Position numbers and translations under genes: made by a program. Positions 12,604-25,000 of a DNA stretch of 64,000 bases are shown one piece after another (within the stretch, counting starts at the first letter, position 1; each line of letters starts with the position of its first letter). Source of the stretch: Balanoglossus misakiensis. Taxonomy: Eukaryota; Animalia; Hemichordata. Under the pieces are notes generated by a model. It ran no database searches. It was not told where the DNA came from and saw nothing but the letters and a program-made list of their open reading frames with translations. Location: positions 2,288,999 through 2,352,998 of the forward strand of contig CM082596.2 in the NCBI GenBank assembly GCA_040954595.2, in the 5' to 3' direction.

Positions 12604-14939
12604 TGAATATTAAACGTTCCAATCTTTCTCTCAAATCACGAACCTTCTGAAATCTTCCATACCGTGTAAAATACTATTTTCTGTATTGTTCGATCAAAAT
12701 GGAATGCACATACTGGACTGATGGACTGCCTGCTTGTGAGAATAGGCTGAAAACAGCAATTCGTGCTTCTCGGTACACGCCCGTGCATTATCGGCTTAAA
12801 TCTGCTTCTTTATACACCAAAAGCGGCATTAAATGTTTCTTAAGTGCAAACTTGCGTCGTTCTTCCTGAATTCCACCATTTTATATCGAAAGGTAAGATA
12901 CAGGTTGCCTATTATGTAAAAACAGAGCTTCGTCAGAAAGACCGGAAGTCATCTTTGTACTTAAATGTAGCCGACCAATCATAGACGGGCTTTCAAACAG
13001 TATCAGGCATGGAGGTACTAGATGGTACATGGTATCAGGTAACTGCATCGAAAACGTGTCGGCGGCCATTTTGAAGGTCGAGGGGAGTCAGCGTCTCCCC
13101 GCATTTCTTTTGGGGTTAATGTTGTTTGATTAACCGGTCGCATGTGTTGGTATTTACAGTTCTGTGACGTGGTCTTCCGTCGAATACTGTTATGTAGCCA
13201 TTTTCTGAATCGCTAAGAGGTTGTTATGTAACAGTACAAGGGCAAATTGTTTCGTACCTGTAATACATGTACTTTGATTACGTCAACACTGTAATCTTGG
13301 CATTATTTTTATCTTGGCTTAAGCTACTTAAGTTTGACCCAATCAAGTCCGATTCAAAATAAATTACAGATTTGCTTAATTGTTATTTACTTATTTATTT
13401 AAATTTACAAGCTTGCTTATTTATTTATTCATTTACCTTTGTTAGTTTATTATTTGTTTATTGTGAACATAATGGGTTAAGTGAAGTTTTCGGACCTGGG
13501 AAACAAGTAAAACGCACACATAGTATATTTTAATATACTTCTTAATGTAGCATACGAGTTGTGTGTAGTCACCGATGGAAAACGAATGCTTGAAGATTCT
13601 TGACCTAAGTAAAAGATGATGCTCACTATCACTGCCAAAACACACACCACTGGACCACTGTACTTATTTGAATTCGATTTGGCCTTTGTTACATTTTTTA
13701 TCAATTCATCAATATCATTTACCCATATGTCGCCTTCATTCCTCCAACCACACTGTTAAATGGAGGAGGACTTGGTGTAAGTTCTGACAATAGTATGAAT
13801 TGATGTATTAAACGTGGTGATTTCGTTGAAGAGCATTGAGTTGTCGTGAATGTCGTTTGGGTATCATTTCCGTTACTCTGAGCCGTACTTGAAACAATTA
13901 CAAACACTTACCAATGATAGATTTGTCGATATTTTCTATTTATTTTTAAAGCAACGTGAACAATGGTTATGTAAGCTCAGATATGGCGCCTGTATCTAAT
14001 AAATATCTTATGGTTCCATGGTAGTATCTCAGTATTGATAAATATATTTAAATTGAGTAATTTGATATTTTAGACTTTTTTGAAGTTGAGCCTTAAGTGC
14101 TATATTCACCAATTTTTACCTTTCAACCAGATGTCTTAATGATGTTGTATTCAACAGACTTGTTTTTGTTTTGTATGTTTACCTCTTGTGCTGATGCTGA
14201 CTGGTTATATCTTGAGTGTAGTGAACACAAGAAATTGTCTCCAAAACGTGATGTATAAAAGAAAGAGTATATTGAATATATTTGGAACTTTAAATCTCTA
14301 AGGGCTTATAAAATAAACAAGGGTTACATGGAACAGTATGGTCTCATTGTGGTTTTTTCTTACATTAGCCGTTTTGATATATGCGATAGACAAAACACAC
14401 CATGAGGAAATCCTGTTGTACTGAAAGTAGTTGATGGGTTACGTACGAGGCCGTGTTTTACTTTCTCACTCAGAAATTAAAGACAAGATCAAGATAACAT
14501 GTTATCTTTATTTGCATGAATGGGATTTGGGTTTATGGTAAGTGAAGGTCACGTTTACTTATTCACCTTAAACAATTTACAATGGTTGCAGGGACAGTTG
14601 TAGCCTGAAAGAGCGCCCACACACGACCGAATCTTTCAGTCTATGACAGTCGGTGGACAAAGCTTAGAGAAAGAAAAGCGTTTGTGCAACAATAATCATA
14701 GAATATAAGAAGTTTCCATTTTGAAATCAGTGTCGCCTTAAATTGACTAAGACGCTTCTATCTACATTGTTGCCGGCATCGTGTACAAGGTGGGTATTGT
14801 AAAATCCCCCCCCCCCAATCTGTAACGCTGTAAAGTCAGTGAAATCTAAAACGAATTCTTCAGTTTTATCTGTCCAATGTCAAAACGTCGACAACAGTAC
14901 ATGCCAGTGCATGACCGACCACAATCCGTGCAGATGCCT

Positions 14940-15197
14940 CTATTCGTCCTCTGCGACGTCGACGCTTCGCTTGCCGAAAGTTAATCCAAACCCGTAATCG
15001 TCTGATCGTTTGTCGCCGGCCCCGTGGACGTTTCCATGGCGATTGCTTGTCCTCTTGCCGAACAGCGGCCAATCGTATTCGTCGTACCTCTTATCCACAC
15101 CATCTTCGCGACGGTCATCATGTTCACCATCGTCCATTCTGCACAGGCATGCATGGACCAACAACATCACAACCAAGAACGCTATCTGGAACTTCAT
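14940..15197 (-). CDS. Cholecystokinin/gastrin/sulfakinin-type neuropeptide precursor, 85 aa
   Basis: Signal peptide MKFQIAFLVVMLLVHACLC, then KR-YDEYDWPLF-G-KR and KR-SDDYGFGLTF-G-KR (dibasic cleavage, amidation Gly, Tyr in acidic context). The second peptide resembles starfish SK/CCK peptides (..DQYGFGLFFamide). Single coding exon with acceptor at 15221-15220 and a likely 5'UTR exon ending at 15696 (GAG|GTAGGT). Confidence 0.9.
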   Translation of the reverse strand: MKFQIAFLVVMLLVHACLCRMDDGEHDDRREDGVDKRYDEYDWPLFGKRTSNRHGNVHGAGDKRSDDYGFGLTFGKRSVDVAEDE

Positions 15198-15814
15198 TGC
15201 TGTCGATACGAGTGTCGAACTAAACAAAACCAAAATAGAATTCGATTTACTTCCATTTTGGTTGGTTTTAGGGCTTGAATATAAGTTGTACGTTAAAAAT
15301 TGGCACTGAATCTTATTTCGAAGCAATTATGGTCACTTTGACGGGAGATAAAGTCTTAAAATTGTCATGCATTATTAAGCGATTTCAATTACTCAGCTTT
15401 ACATGTATTGTATTTTTTTCTCGGGTGATGTTCATGATGTAATCACGACGATAATTTAAACATTTTGGTTGAAATAAAAAAAAGGATTTCAAAGTGGTCC
15501 CATTATTTGATTTTACAAAAGGAGAAAATGGATTTATGAACACGTTAATTGAATGATAATCATTCTAGTCATACAAGTGACAGACTTAATCGCAAAAATA
15601 AATTCCATTTGGCATTTTCCTAAGTGCACGTGACTCTAACATTTCTGCTAAAACAGCTGTTTGCCTTTATCAAATCAAATCATGAGTTTACCTACCTCCA
15701 AACTATAGCTATACTGTGATACCGGATTTTTTGCTTCAGCAGAGAGTAACTAATTAGCTACAGGTCCTGGCGTGGCAACTGATCAAATTAAGTGACAACG
15801 AGGACTGGAGATTC

Positions 15815-15998
15815 TCCCTCTTTTATGTTCCAATTTGTGTCAGTTTGATTGACATGTAATGAACCTAATACCCCTGTCACAATTGTGGTATCCCCCCCCC
15901 CCCTTCATGTAATGCACTGACGACATGAGACGCGGAGAGCAGACCAACCGCACGTAGCTTCTGATTGGTCACAAGTAACAGTGGGCGCTCTGACGTCA
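15815..15998 (-). promoter_or_regulatory. Putative promoter of the CCK/SK gene (TATA-like, CCAAT, full CRE)
   Basis: CATAAAAG on the minus strand at ~15820-15827, CCAAT (attgg) at 15964-15968, palindromic CRE TGACGTCA at 15991-15998. Confidence 0.5.
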
Positions 15999-17517
15999 TA
16001 GCGAATCCAGCTACTTTTCGACGCGTGGGGTCCGACCGGAGGCGTTAATGATTTTATGCGCTTCGGGAAGTACCGGAGTCCGCCTTTCAGATAAACGTTA
16101 ATTTGGTTACACGAGTTTCGCTAATTGTTTAACTCGGTAGGTCTCTGCGGTTTGTGGTGGTCATGCCGCTGCTTCATCCGTCGAGAAAATTGCTAGGAGA
16201 TAACAAGGTGGTTTCAGCAATGCCATGTTGACGGGATTCGACCCTGGCACTTTTGGGGGGCTCTTATCCACCCCCTTTCATGGTTAATGGATCTTCCTGG
16301 TCGTTGTTAGAAGTTGGCTTTTTTGACAAAGGCCGAGAGAAAATAGCAAAATGAACGAGCCAGAGGACTGTGAGCCCATGAAGTATGCTAATGACGACAC
16401 CATCAGAGCAAAATCTAACGACTCGGATATTTCGATCATAATAAGTTGGAATGATAATGGTCGTAAAAAGAGCCCCTGAAACATATGATGGTTGTAACAA
16501 CGACATCTCTAGGGTCTTAGCTTGGAATGGACAGGAAATCAATATTAGCTTGATTGTCTAACAGTACTTCATGCCAACCAGCCGGTTTATTTGTGTAGTA
16601 TTGTGATATATCATAGACACTTGAACATAGGGTATAGAGGCATATGCTTCCCAATGTGCATCGACATTCTCTAAAAATATTCATGAAAAAAACATTCACG
16701 AATCGTGTGGTTTTGCATGGGTTTTGGTAAGAAATAGTTTTGTTATCGCCTTGTTTCCAGGGAAACGGAGGATAAGCTGGTGCCCATGACGCATTCATAT
16801 TTAAGTAGAGTGTAGGCCTACCTGGAAAACTAATTTACTTTTAAAATGTTGTCAGTGATTAATTTGCCAGATTATTTTTAGTATAAGCTCCGGCATAATT
16901 TGCTACCGAATTACGCACGACCTCTGGTTGCCCCGAAGCGCCCGCTTTTCCGGTCATGTACAGTTTTACGTGTGCTTCCAATGCCCGGGGTTCCATCCAA
17001 GTTCAGTAATATTCAAACCTGAATTGTCAGCACAACAGAACTACTATTATTACACAGTAAAACGTACGCTTTTACAGGCAGAGCATCGACCAGGCGAGCT
17101 GGCTAACTAAACAAATGAACAACGACATTCTTGGCTTAGGTGAAAGGTCATTTTAACCTCGTTCACAGCAGTGTGATAAAAAAGTATTTCATATGTAAGA
17201 ACAGTTATTCTGCATTCACTGTGAGAAATATTATATTATACCCATAGCTTGTGATAAGTTTTTAAAAGAATAGATAGTACCAAGCGAAAAATAAGTGTTC
17301 CTTGATATTCGTTACTAAATAAAATTATCTTGGAATGAGGATTAAATAAATATGGCGGTCCCAGGAACAGAGGAATAAGGATCGGAGGCAGTGTGGTTGA
17401 CACCTTGTGAATCCTCGTATATAAAACACAAAATGGAACACTTCAAAGGCAAGAACAACGAATTTAAGAAACTTTGGTATGTATTTTGTACGATAGCGAT
17501 AGTTTTAACCCAACAGT

Positions 17518-17560
17518 GTTGCCTTAGTGACCACGGCAACGCCGTTTGACAACTTCCGGG
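17518..17560 (+). promoter_or_regulatory. Overlapping RFX X-boxes plus ETS site, putative NPHP3 promoter
   Basis: GTTGCCTTAGTGAC (17518-17531) overlaps GTGACCACGGCAAC (17527-17540), followed by ACTTCCGG (17552-17559). Candidate 5'UTR donor at 17641 and acceptor at ~18876 before the NPHP3 ATG. X-boxes are typical of ciliary genes. Confidence 0.6.
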
Positions 17561-18712
17561 GAGTGCAATATTATGAAAATATTGACGATCGAAGGTGTAC
17601 ACTTGTTTACAGTTGACTATACCTGTCAAATCTAGGACTTGTGAGGTCACACATTTTTGCTGTCGTATAATTGTTATATCCATTAATGGAAATGAGAATG
17701 TCAATATAATGTCGCGATCGGAGTCTTACAACAGCGAAAGAGATCTCTCTTTTTGAAGTGTTTTTTTTTTTATTGACGAGAGATCGATATCAAAATAATG
17801 TCGAAACCTGACAACTGCGAAAGAGACATGGTTATGTACAGTGCTGATTTTTTTTATTCACTGGCGTTTAATAGGTTTTAAAATAAAATAACACAGATCA
17901 TTTTGAAACTTATATTTCACACCTGCAGCTGAGTATTAAATGCTTTTATTTTCTAATGTCTGATCTTACCACTGTTTTTGCTTTACGACTTTTAATAATT
18001 ACATGTATTAGCAGTGAGACGCTTGTCAAACACGTTCTTGTGTTTTGGATCATGATAAAGTAACGTTGTGATGTGTACTTATATTTGGATGAAGTAGACA
18101 AAACTGCAGAGATGTATGGTGGCATCACTGTGACAATAGTAGAGTGTCTGTAAAAAGTGAGATGTTGGTTTGTGTGTGTGTGTGGGTTCACTTTGTTCGC
18201 CTTGCTCTGGATTTTGGACAAGAGTTGTAAAGTAATTGTTATGCCAATGCAAACAGCGCTTCGCTTGATTTGCTGCTTTGTTTACGCCCATACATTAGGT
18301 AATACAAAGCTTACTCTCCATGGGCAATCCTGTTGCACACACTGCCTTTTGTTCACACGCACAATGCAGGTTTTTGTGGCAAAGTTTCAAGCGGCCAATA
18401 TGAATTTTACTGTTATTCAGCAGATTTTAGCCATGCATTTAGCCTTTATACAGGGAATGGGGTAAAAGGGTTAACTTATGTCAATACATGTATAAAAGTT
18501 AAATCAAGTTAAAATTATAGGACAGAAGGGATGGTTAGAAGACATTTTTATTTTGGGATAGTGTCTGTTCCTTTTGTATATACTGAAGCAACATGATCTT
18601 CCCGATAACATAAACAGTGATAAGTTGGACTGTATGTATGTTGCTTGAGAAAGGATTAGCTTACAAAGGTTATGAATTCAACTGCTAGGGAAACCTTTTT
18701 TTAGCAACATGT

Positions 18713-18831
18713 TAAACCGGTCTTCATAGACAGGTGGCCTTTATAGACAGGTCATGTACATGTTAATTGCACAGGGACCATACCAAAGTGGCCACTATGT
18801 AGAGGCGGCCACTAACACAGGTTTGATTGTA
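18713..18831. mobile_element. Tc1/mariner(pogo)-type MITE end with subterminal repeats
   Basis: Repeated AGACAGGT/GGTGGCC units ending in ACAGGTTTGATTGTA, resembling an inverted CAGTCAAACC..TA terminus. The partner end was not found. Confidence 0.5.
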
Positions 18832-19002
18832 AATGTGTATATATTTGACAGTGATCTTGTGTTCTTTTATTGGCAGGTTGTAGGCCATGGCTTGGAGGAT
18901 CACAGCTGACAATGGGGACTTCTGTTTCATCATTGACTGCAATCGTAGTTAGTTGAACTCGGGGAAAAGCAAGAAGTGAAAGTTGTTCCCCCGGTGATCA
19001 TC

Positions 19003-22000
19003 ATGGGATCCGGAAGTTCTTTTATGCAAGAAGAGGAGTGCGATATAATCAGTGATAATGGTGTCATCAAACGTATCCCCATTGAGGTCAAACCCCGCAG
19101 GACCCTCCGGGGATCCTTCCGAGGGGGAGGAGGACGCTCCTTCATACGCAGGAACAAAGGCGCAAGTCTCCGCTCCGCGCTCTCCGTCGATCTGGAGAAC
19201 ACGGAAGTGGAGAAGATCAGGAAGGAGTATGACATGTACAAAATTAGCAAGCAGAATGAGACGTCGGATTTGCTGAAAAAACAGCAGAAGTTGGAGAGTG
19301 AGAACAGAAGACTCAGGGCTGAATTACAGGTGTGAATTCCTGTACACGAGTATAACATAAGAATACTTCTACAGTCTTGGTATGACAAGCAGTCACAGAG
19401 CATGTTTCAGTCAGCAGAACAACACAAATAGCCCATCATAAGAAACTGACAAATCACCCAAATAACATGAAAAGTATACAGTGTGCCACAGCCAAGTCCA
19501 CTCCTTAGTTACTAGGGTATATTACACCTACTGTCTCTTTAAAGAAGCACAAACTTGCTTGAGCACATTTCAAGGCAAAAGGTTGCAGATGTGTTGCTAG
19601 TTCATGTTAAATTACCGAAGTTTTTGTTTCGTCAAACTTGCAGGCACTTCAGAAGACTTGTGCCAAGCTTCGGCATGAGCGAGACATTGCTTTAGATGCA
19701 GAGTATCAAGCGTTGGAGAGAGCCACGACATTTGAGAATGAGCGAGACAAAGTGCAAAGACAGTTCAAGGTAAGCATGACGGAAATGAACTGTGAACAGT
19801 AGCCTATTATTTGCAGACACAGTGCGAGAGAGAGAGTATGGCTTTGGACATGCATGTTTTGGTTGGGCATGATCAATCATCTGTGTTATTCAGCACATGT
19901 AAAAATCGATGAGGGGTTAGTGCACTAACCTAACTATGCTCCTTGAAGAATTAGATGGCTATTTCTTATGAACTAGAATAACCTAGGTGTTGAATAAAGA
20001 CTTAGTATATAGGGAATTATTTAATAAGTTTTACACACTACTCACTACATACTGAAATTACAGGTAGTAATGAAATCTAAATCCCATGTACAGAGTTTCA
20101 GTTCGTGCGTCTTTTACACCAATGGAAATTGTCCCTCTGACTAGGAGTTTAGTCTGACAATGGTATTATTCCTAGATTAAGGCCTGCTCAGTGCTTGGAC
20201 TTTGGTCTCCAATTAGAATGAATTCTTTCATGTTAGGCTTAACAAGAATAAGCCACGTGGATTGAAATTTCAGAAGAGAAAAGAAGCTTTGAGATTAAGC
20301 TTTGCATGAGAATGCGGATTAGTTTCAGGAGAGGGGAGAACAATGCGGGTGGGCAGGGCTCTCTTTTGTTTGCCCAATGTGCGATGTGAAGAGTTTTAAT
20401 GCGGAGAACGACCCCGTGCCTGGAGCAAACTGGTGCTGATTCTTTGTGTGGTTTACTGACTTTCACGCCAGAGAAAGAAAATAGGCACAGATATCCTCTG
20501 AATGGTGCACTCAAGCACGGTCGGCTGACATTCACTGCTTGTGCGTTTCAATGCCAATCACCGTACGCCAGCCGACCGTATTCTCGTTGAAGGATGGTAG
20601 TCAGTACATTGAGACAAAACCTGCAATGTTTTCCTGATCTGTTTGTTATTTCAACTTGCGCTCTCATGCTGCTCCTTGCTGTAGACATGACGTTTCTCAA
20701 TTTTTCGATGCCATGGTTTTTTGCACAGTAGTGCAAATGTGACATCATTCAGTGTTCACATGCTGTGCTCTGATTCTGGCTGCCCTGATTCTAGCTGTTA
20801 GTTGAACTAAAAAATAACATATTCTGAATGAGTACAAGAATAAAAAAAACAGAAACTGAGTGAAAGGTCAGTTTCCATTATGGTTGGCACAGTTATCCAA
20901 ATATTTACATGATGGACTAGTTTGTATTGAGCATAAAAGTATTCCACTCTGTGTTATTTTTGGTTTGGCATACCAACCTCAAATTTGTCTTTCTTCAGTA
21001 CAACCAGAGAACTTTTATGAGTTCAGTGATATTTTGAAGAATAATAATCCAGGAAATAGCAGCTCTCAGGTCAACACAATGGAAGCTTTTAGTTTTACTT
21101 AAAGTATAAAAAGTTGATCAGGAAAGAAATCCCCAGATGATTGGGAATCACAAGCAGGGTTGTAGAATTGGGGATCTAATCTTTTCATGTGCAAATGCAA
21201 GCTTTTCAGTGAAAGTACCATAGCCAGGCTAGATTTATGGACAGGAATCTGACTAAAGAATATCCGCATCTCTTGGACAATAGCTCAGCAATAACAGGGT
21301 AAGGTGAACAATGGAAGATTGTCAATGCAAACAGAGGCAATTAAAATGTAGGAGATGATATATTTATGTCCATTTCATGTGTATTGATTAAGTAAAGACA
21401 GCCAATCTCAATAATGTTATTACTGCTCAGGGAAGCTTCTCAGTTTATAATTATGAGTGATTTGTAAAATGATCTGATGGAATAAATGGTTAGTTTGATC
21501 ACCCTGGGTATGATGACAATTCTGACTTGTGCAGGAATTCCCTTACATGAAAACTGGGGACTTTAGAGGCATTGAAAAATGCATAGTGAAGTCCCACCTA
21601 ATATGTGTAATTGATATCTGGTATAACATGTATGAATATCTCACTGTTTTTGTTGACTGCAGATATTCAGGGAAACCAAAGAGGGAGAAATTCAAAATTT
21701 ACTGAAGACGAGACGAGAGTTGGAGAACAAATTGCAGAAAACCCCCGGAGGTCATCATTGTGTGCTGGTCACAGACAATGTGGATGCTACTTCGAGGGGT
21801 GGTGATTTATTTGGTGAGTCAGTTCTGCCATTGTCTCTGCCATTGTACACAAGCGTGGCTAGAAGGTAGTCATCCCTAAAACTGACTGTTGTGCGTGTAC
21901 ATGCACATGCTTTAACATCTCAATGGCATACTCATGTATCTTGTGCTTTTTACCTTCTCTTTAATTTTTCAGCTAATGGAAACCCAGGGGACTGGTGGAC

Positions 22001-25000
22001 AGCCTTGGAAAGTGAGCCCTCACTTGGCAGCACAACTCAGTTACAGCCCATGTTCAAAGGACCAGAGTTCGCACACAGTTTGGGTGATATTGAGGGGCCG
22101 TTCACGACCGTCAACAGAGGTACGTGTTTGTGCATAGTGCAAATTTCACTCAGTTATCAACCGTCATTAGGAGTGACCTTTGATGCTACCCCTTCTGTCT
22201 TCAAACAGTTGTCATATTTTCTGTAATTTCTGATGCTTTCAGATGATTGGAATGCAGTGGCTGCCACACTGGCCCAGACGATGACAAGCTTCCCAGAAAC
22301 AGTGCAATCTACCACACTCAGGTTATACGTCTCGGCACCGAGAGATATGCAAACTGAGGTGGAAATACTTAGAAAGGTGAGGTTTGCCAAGACCTTTGGC
22401 TGATCATTATGTTTGTCAAGTCCAGCCATGGACAGGGGCAATGACTCAGAAAAATAGGAAGGGAAAAATAGACAAAATAAAAGTTACTGGGGTGTTAATT
22501 CCTGTTTCAACACCATTGCAGGATTACCTCGATAAACTGCAACATCTCTGTGAAATGGAAGGCAGATTCTTCGTGATGGTCCATCTTCCGTTTGATGACC
22601 ACACCAAGCTGACAGAGCGCATCCTGACAAAAGAGATGGAAACCCGGAAAAGGCAGATCCAACAGTGTTCCGTATTCCTGGCATTCCTTGGCGAACACAC
22701 AAACCGGTTTGTAGAATCAAGTTCATTCAAAGATACTTTGATCACAGTTTTCACTGCATTTCTCTGTATGATTCAACAATGTTCCCACACATTCTCTTTG
22801 GCAGATTTACAAATGATGAGTATGAGTTGGGCTTCCAAAGTAACCCTGGAGCCAGACCAGCCATCTTCTGCTTCAGGAATCCAGCTTTTAGAGGGTGAGT
22901 TGTTCTGTACACAGAATGCACCATTTTCAATGGCACAAAAGTTACTTGTTTTAGTTTCATACAAAGCTTGAGTTGTATTACTTGGCTAGCTTAGGTAATT
23001 AACCACATCTTGTGAAATCTTGCAAGGAACAGAAAATCATCGATTAACCGTTTCTTCTGCCAACAGATGCAAATCCAGCCAGGGGGAAGCGAAACAACTG
23101 AAGGTGGAGGTACGAGAGGGAGGCAAGGCTAAAATCATTGATCTGTATGAAAACCCGAGAAAAGGGGCTGACCTGGCCTATGCTGAACTGGAGAAGGTTA
23201 TCAGATTGGTACGTACAACTTTGGATTTAGCTGTTCATCGTTGTCTATGGTGAACTTGGACCTCTACAGTGGGAAATGGGGATGAAAGGGTTAATATGAA
23301 AGTTTTTTTCCGTTGATAGGAACTGGGTTTGGAGAACAAGAGGACCAAAGAGGATGACTCTGGCTTTGGTGATGATGAGGGAGAGGAACTCTGTACAGGG
23401 TGTATATGGGATTTACATAATGATTATGAACATCTGGAAGCTTTCAGTCATGCATCAAATTCTACATGTGAGCTGGGCTTTGAAAAGGTAAGAAATCACG
23501 TTAAAACATGTCACTGACACATGGAATCAGGAAAATCGATCTTGGAAAAGTGTGTGTGTAATTTCAAGAGAGAAAAGATAGTGTTGATCCATCTTGAATT
23601 ATACAGTTGACTGATCATAGAAATAAGTCTTCTCCCAACTTTTGCCTCCAGCACTATGGTCGCTTGAATGACCATGTATCAGCAGCGGGGCCACTACCCC
23701 CTCTAGTGGTGAGCGGGAACCCAGGATCGGGCAAATCTCTAGTACTGGCCAAGTGGATCAACCTGTTACACAAGAAACATCCCAACACGCTGGTCTTGTA
23801 TCATTTTGTTGGTGGGCTGTCAACTGTCAGTGCTGACCCGGTGCATATGATCCGCAGGTTCACAGCCCAGGTGAGAATAATCCTATTGTTTTGCCATCGT
23901 GTTTCACAGTGCTATCACTGTACCAGACAGACAAGTAACCCCTACCGTCTTCTCTGTCTTTTCCAATCAGCTTATGCAGCATGTAACGGCGCCTCCACCA
24001 CTGACGTGTGAACCAGGTCGGTTGGTTGAGGAATTTCCCAAGTGGTTAGAGAGGGTGTCGTCTAAATTACAAGGTGGTGTTGTGTTGGTCATTGATGCAT
24101 TGGACCAGTTTAGGGTAAGTGGCATTAGCATCATTGGCAATTTATTGCAAGTAGCTTGAGATTTCTTAGGGGGGATGCTGTGGAGGGCTAGTGTTTAAGT
24201 ATGAAGCCTTGGCTAATATTTGGCACACTTTTGTATTTTGCAGAATGCTGAAATTCATCTGAAATGGTTACTAGACCCACTGCCTGTTGACACCAGGGTT
24301 GTTGTCTCTGTGGATATGGATACGTGTCCACCAGCTTGGAGGTCAGTACACACATGTTTCCTACCATGATAATGATACGTCTCAGCCAAACAGGGGAGAT
24401 GGATGACGATGATAAGTTTGTGTGGGGGCAATTATTAGTGATTGCCTGCTGTTAAAAGATACTGCACAGCAGTGTACTTGTACTTGCAGCTGAGTCTGTC
24501 TGCCTCAATGTCGCGTCATTATCAATCCGAAAGCAACCGGAATTGACCTTGACTGTGAAAGGTAGAATTGGCTTAGAGTAGAACATGTGTTGTACACCAT
24601 CTTGTTTTCATAAAAATCACAACTTTACATTCTCAATGGAGATAATACTCTGATTGGCGGCCATTTTGAATTTCAAATTTGAGAGGGTTTGGCTGTCTCA
24701 TTCAAAAATTGTACTTGCGATTCATAAGTTTAGTGAAGACTGAATAGAAAGGATTGATTTGTACCTTGACAGGTCTTGGCCGACCATCCACCTGGAACCG
24801 TTCTCCTCCAAGCAAGTCAAAGAGATGATGCAAGCGCTGTGTAGCAAGCACAACCAACGACTGACCAGCGAACACGAATCCAGGATCCTTGCTCACTGCC
24901 GCACACCCAGCACCAGAAATCCACTCTACCTGACCGTCCTGGTGGATGAAATCAGCAGCAGGCATACTGGGAAGTCGCTAGCGGAGAGGCTCGACTCCTG

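Noticed and set aside
15198-15326. N-terminal extension of the neuropeptide ORF in the track
   Set aside because: Begins at a non-ATG codon and crosses a splice acceptor at 15221-15220; the true start is ATG 15197.
16215-16255. tRNA B-box-like GGTCGAATCC on the minus strand
   Set aside because: No cloverleaf could be built; at most a decayed SINE head.
18930-19403. 157-aa minus-strand ORF
   Set aside because: Antisense to NPHP3 exon 1.
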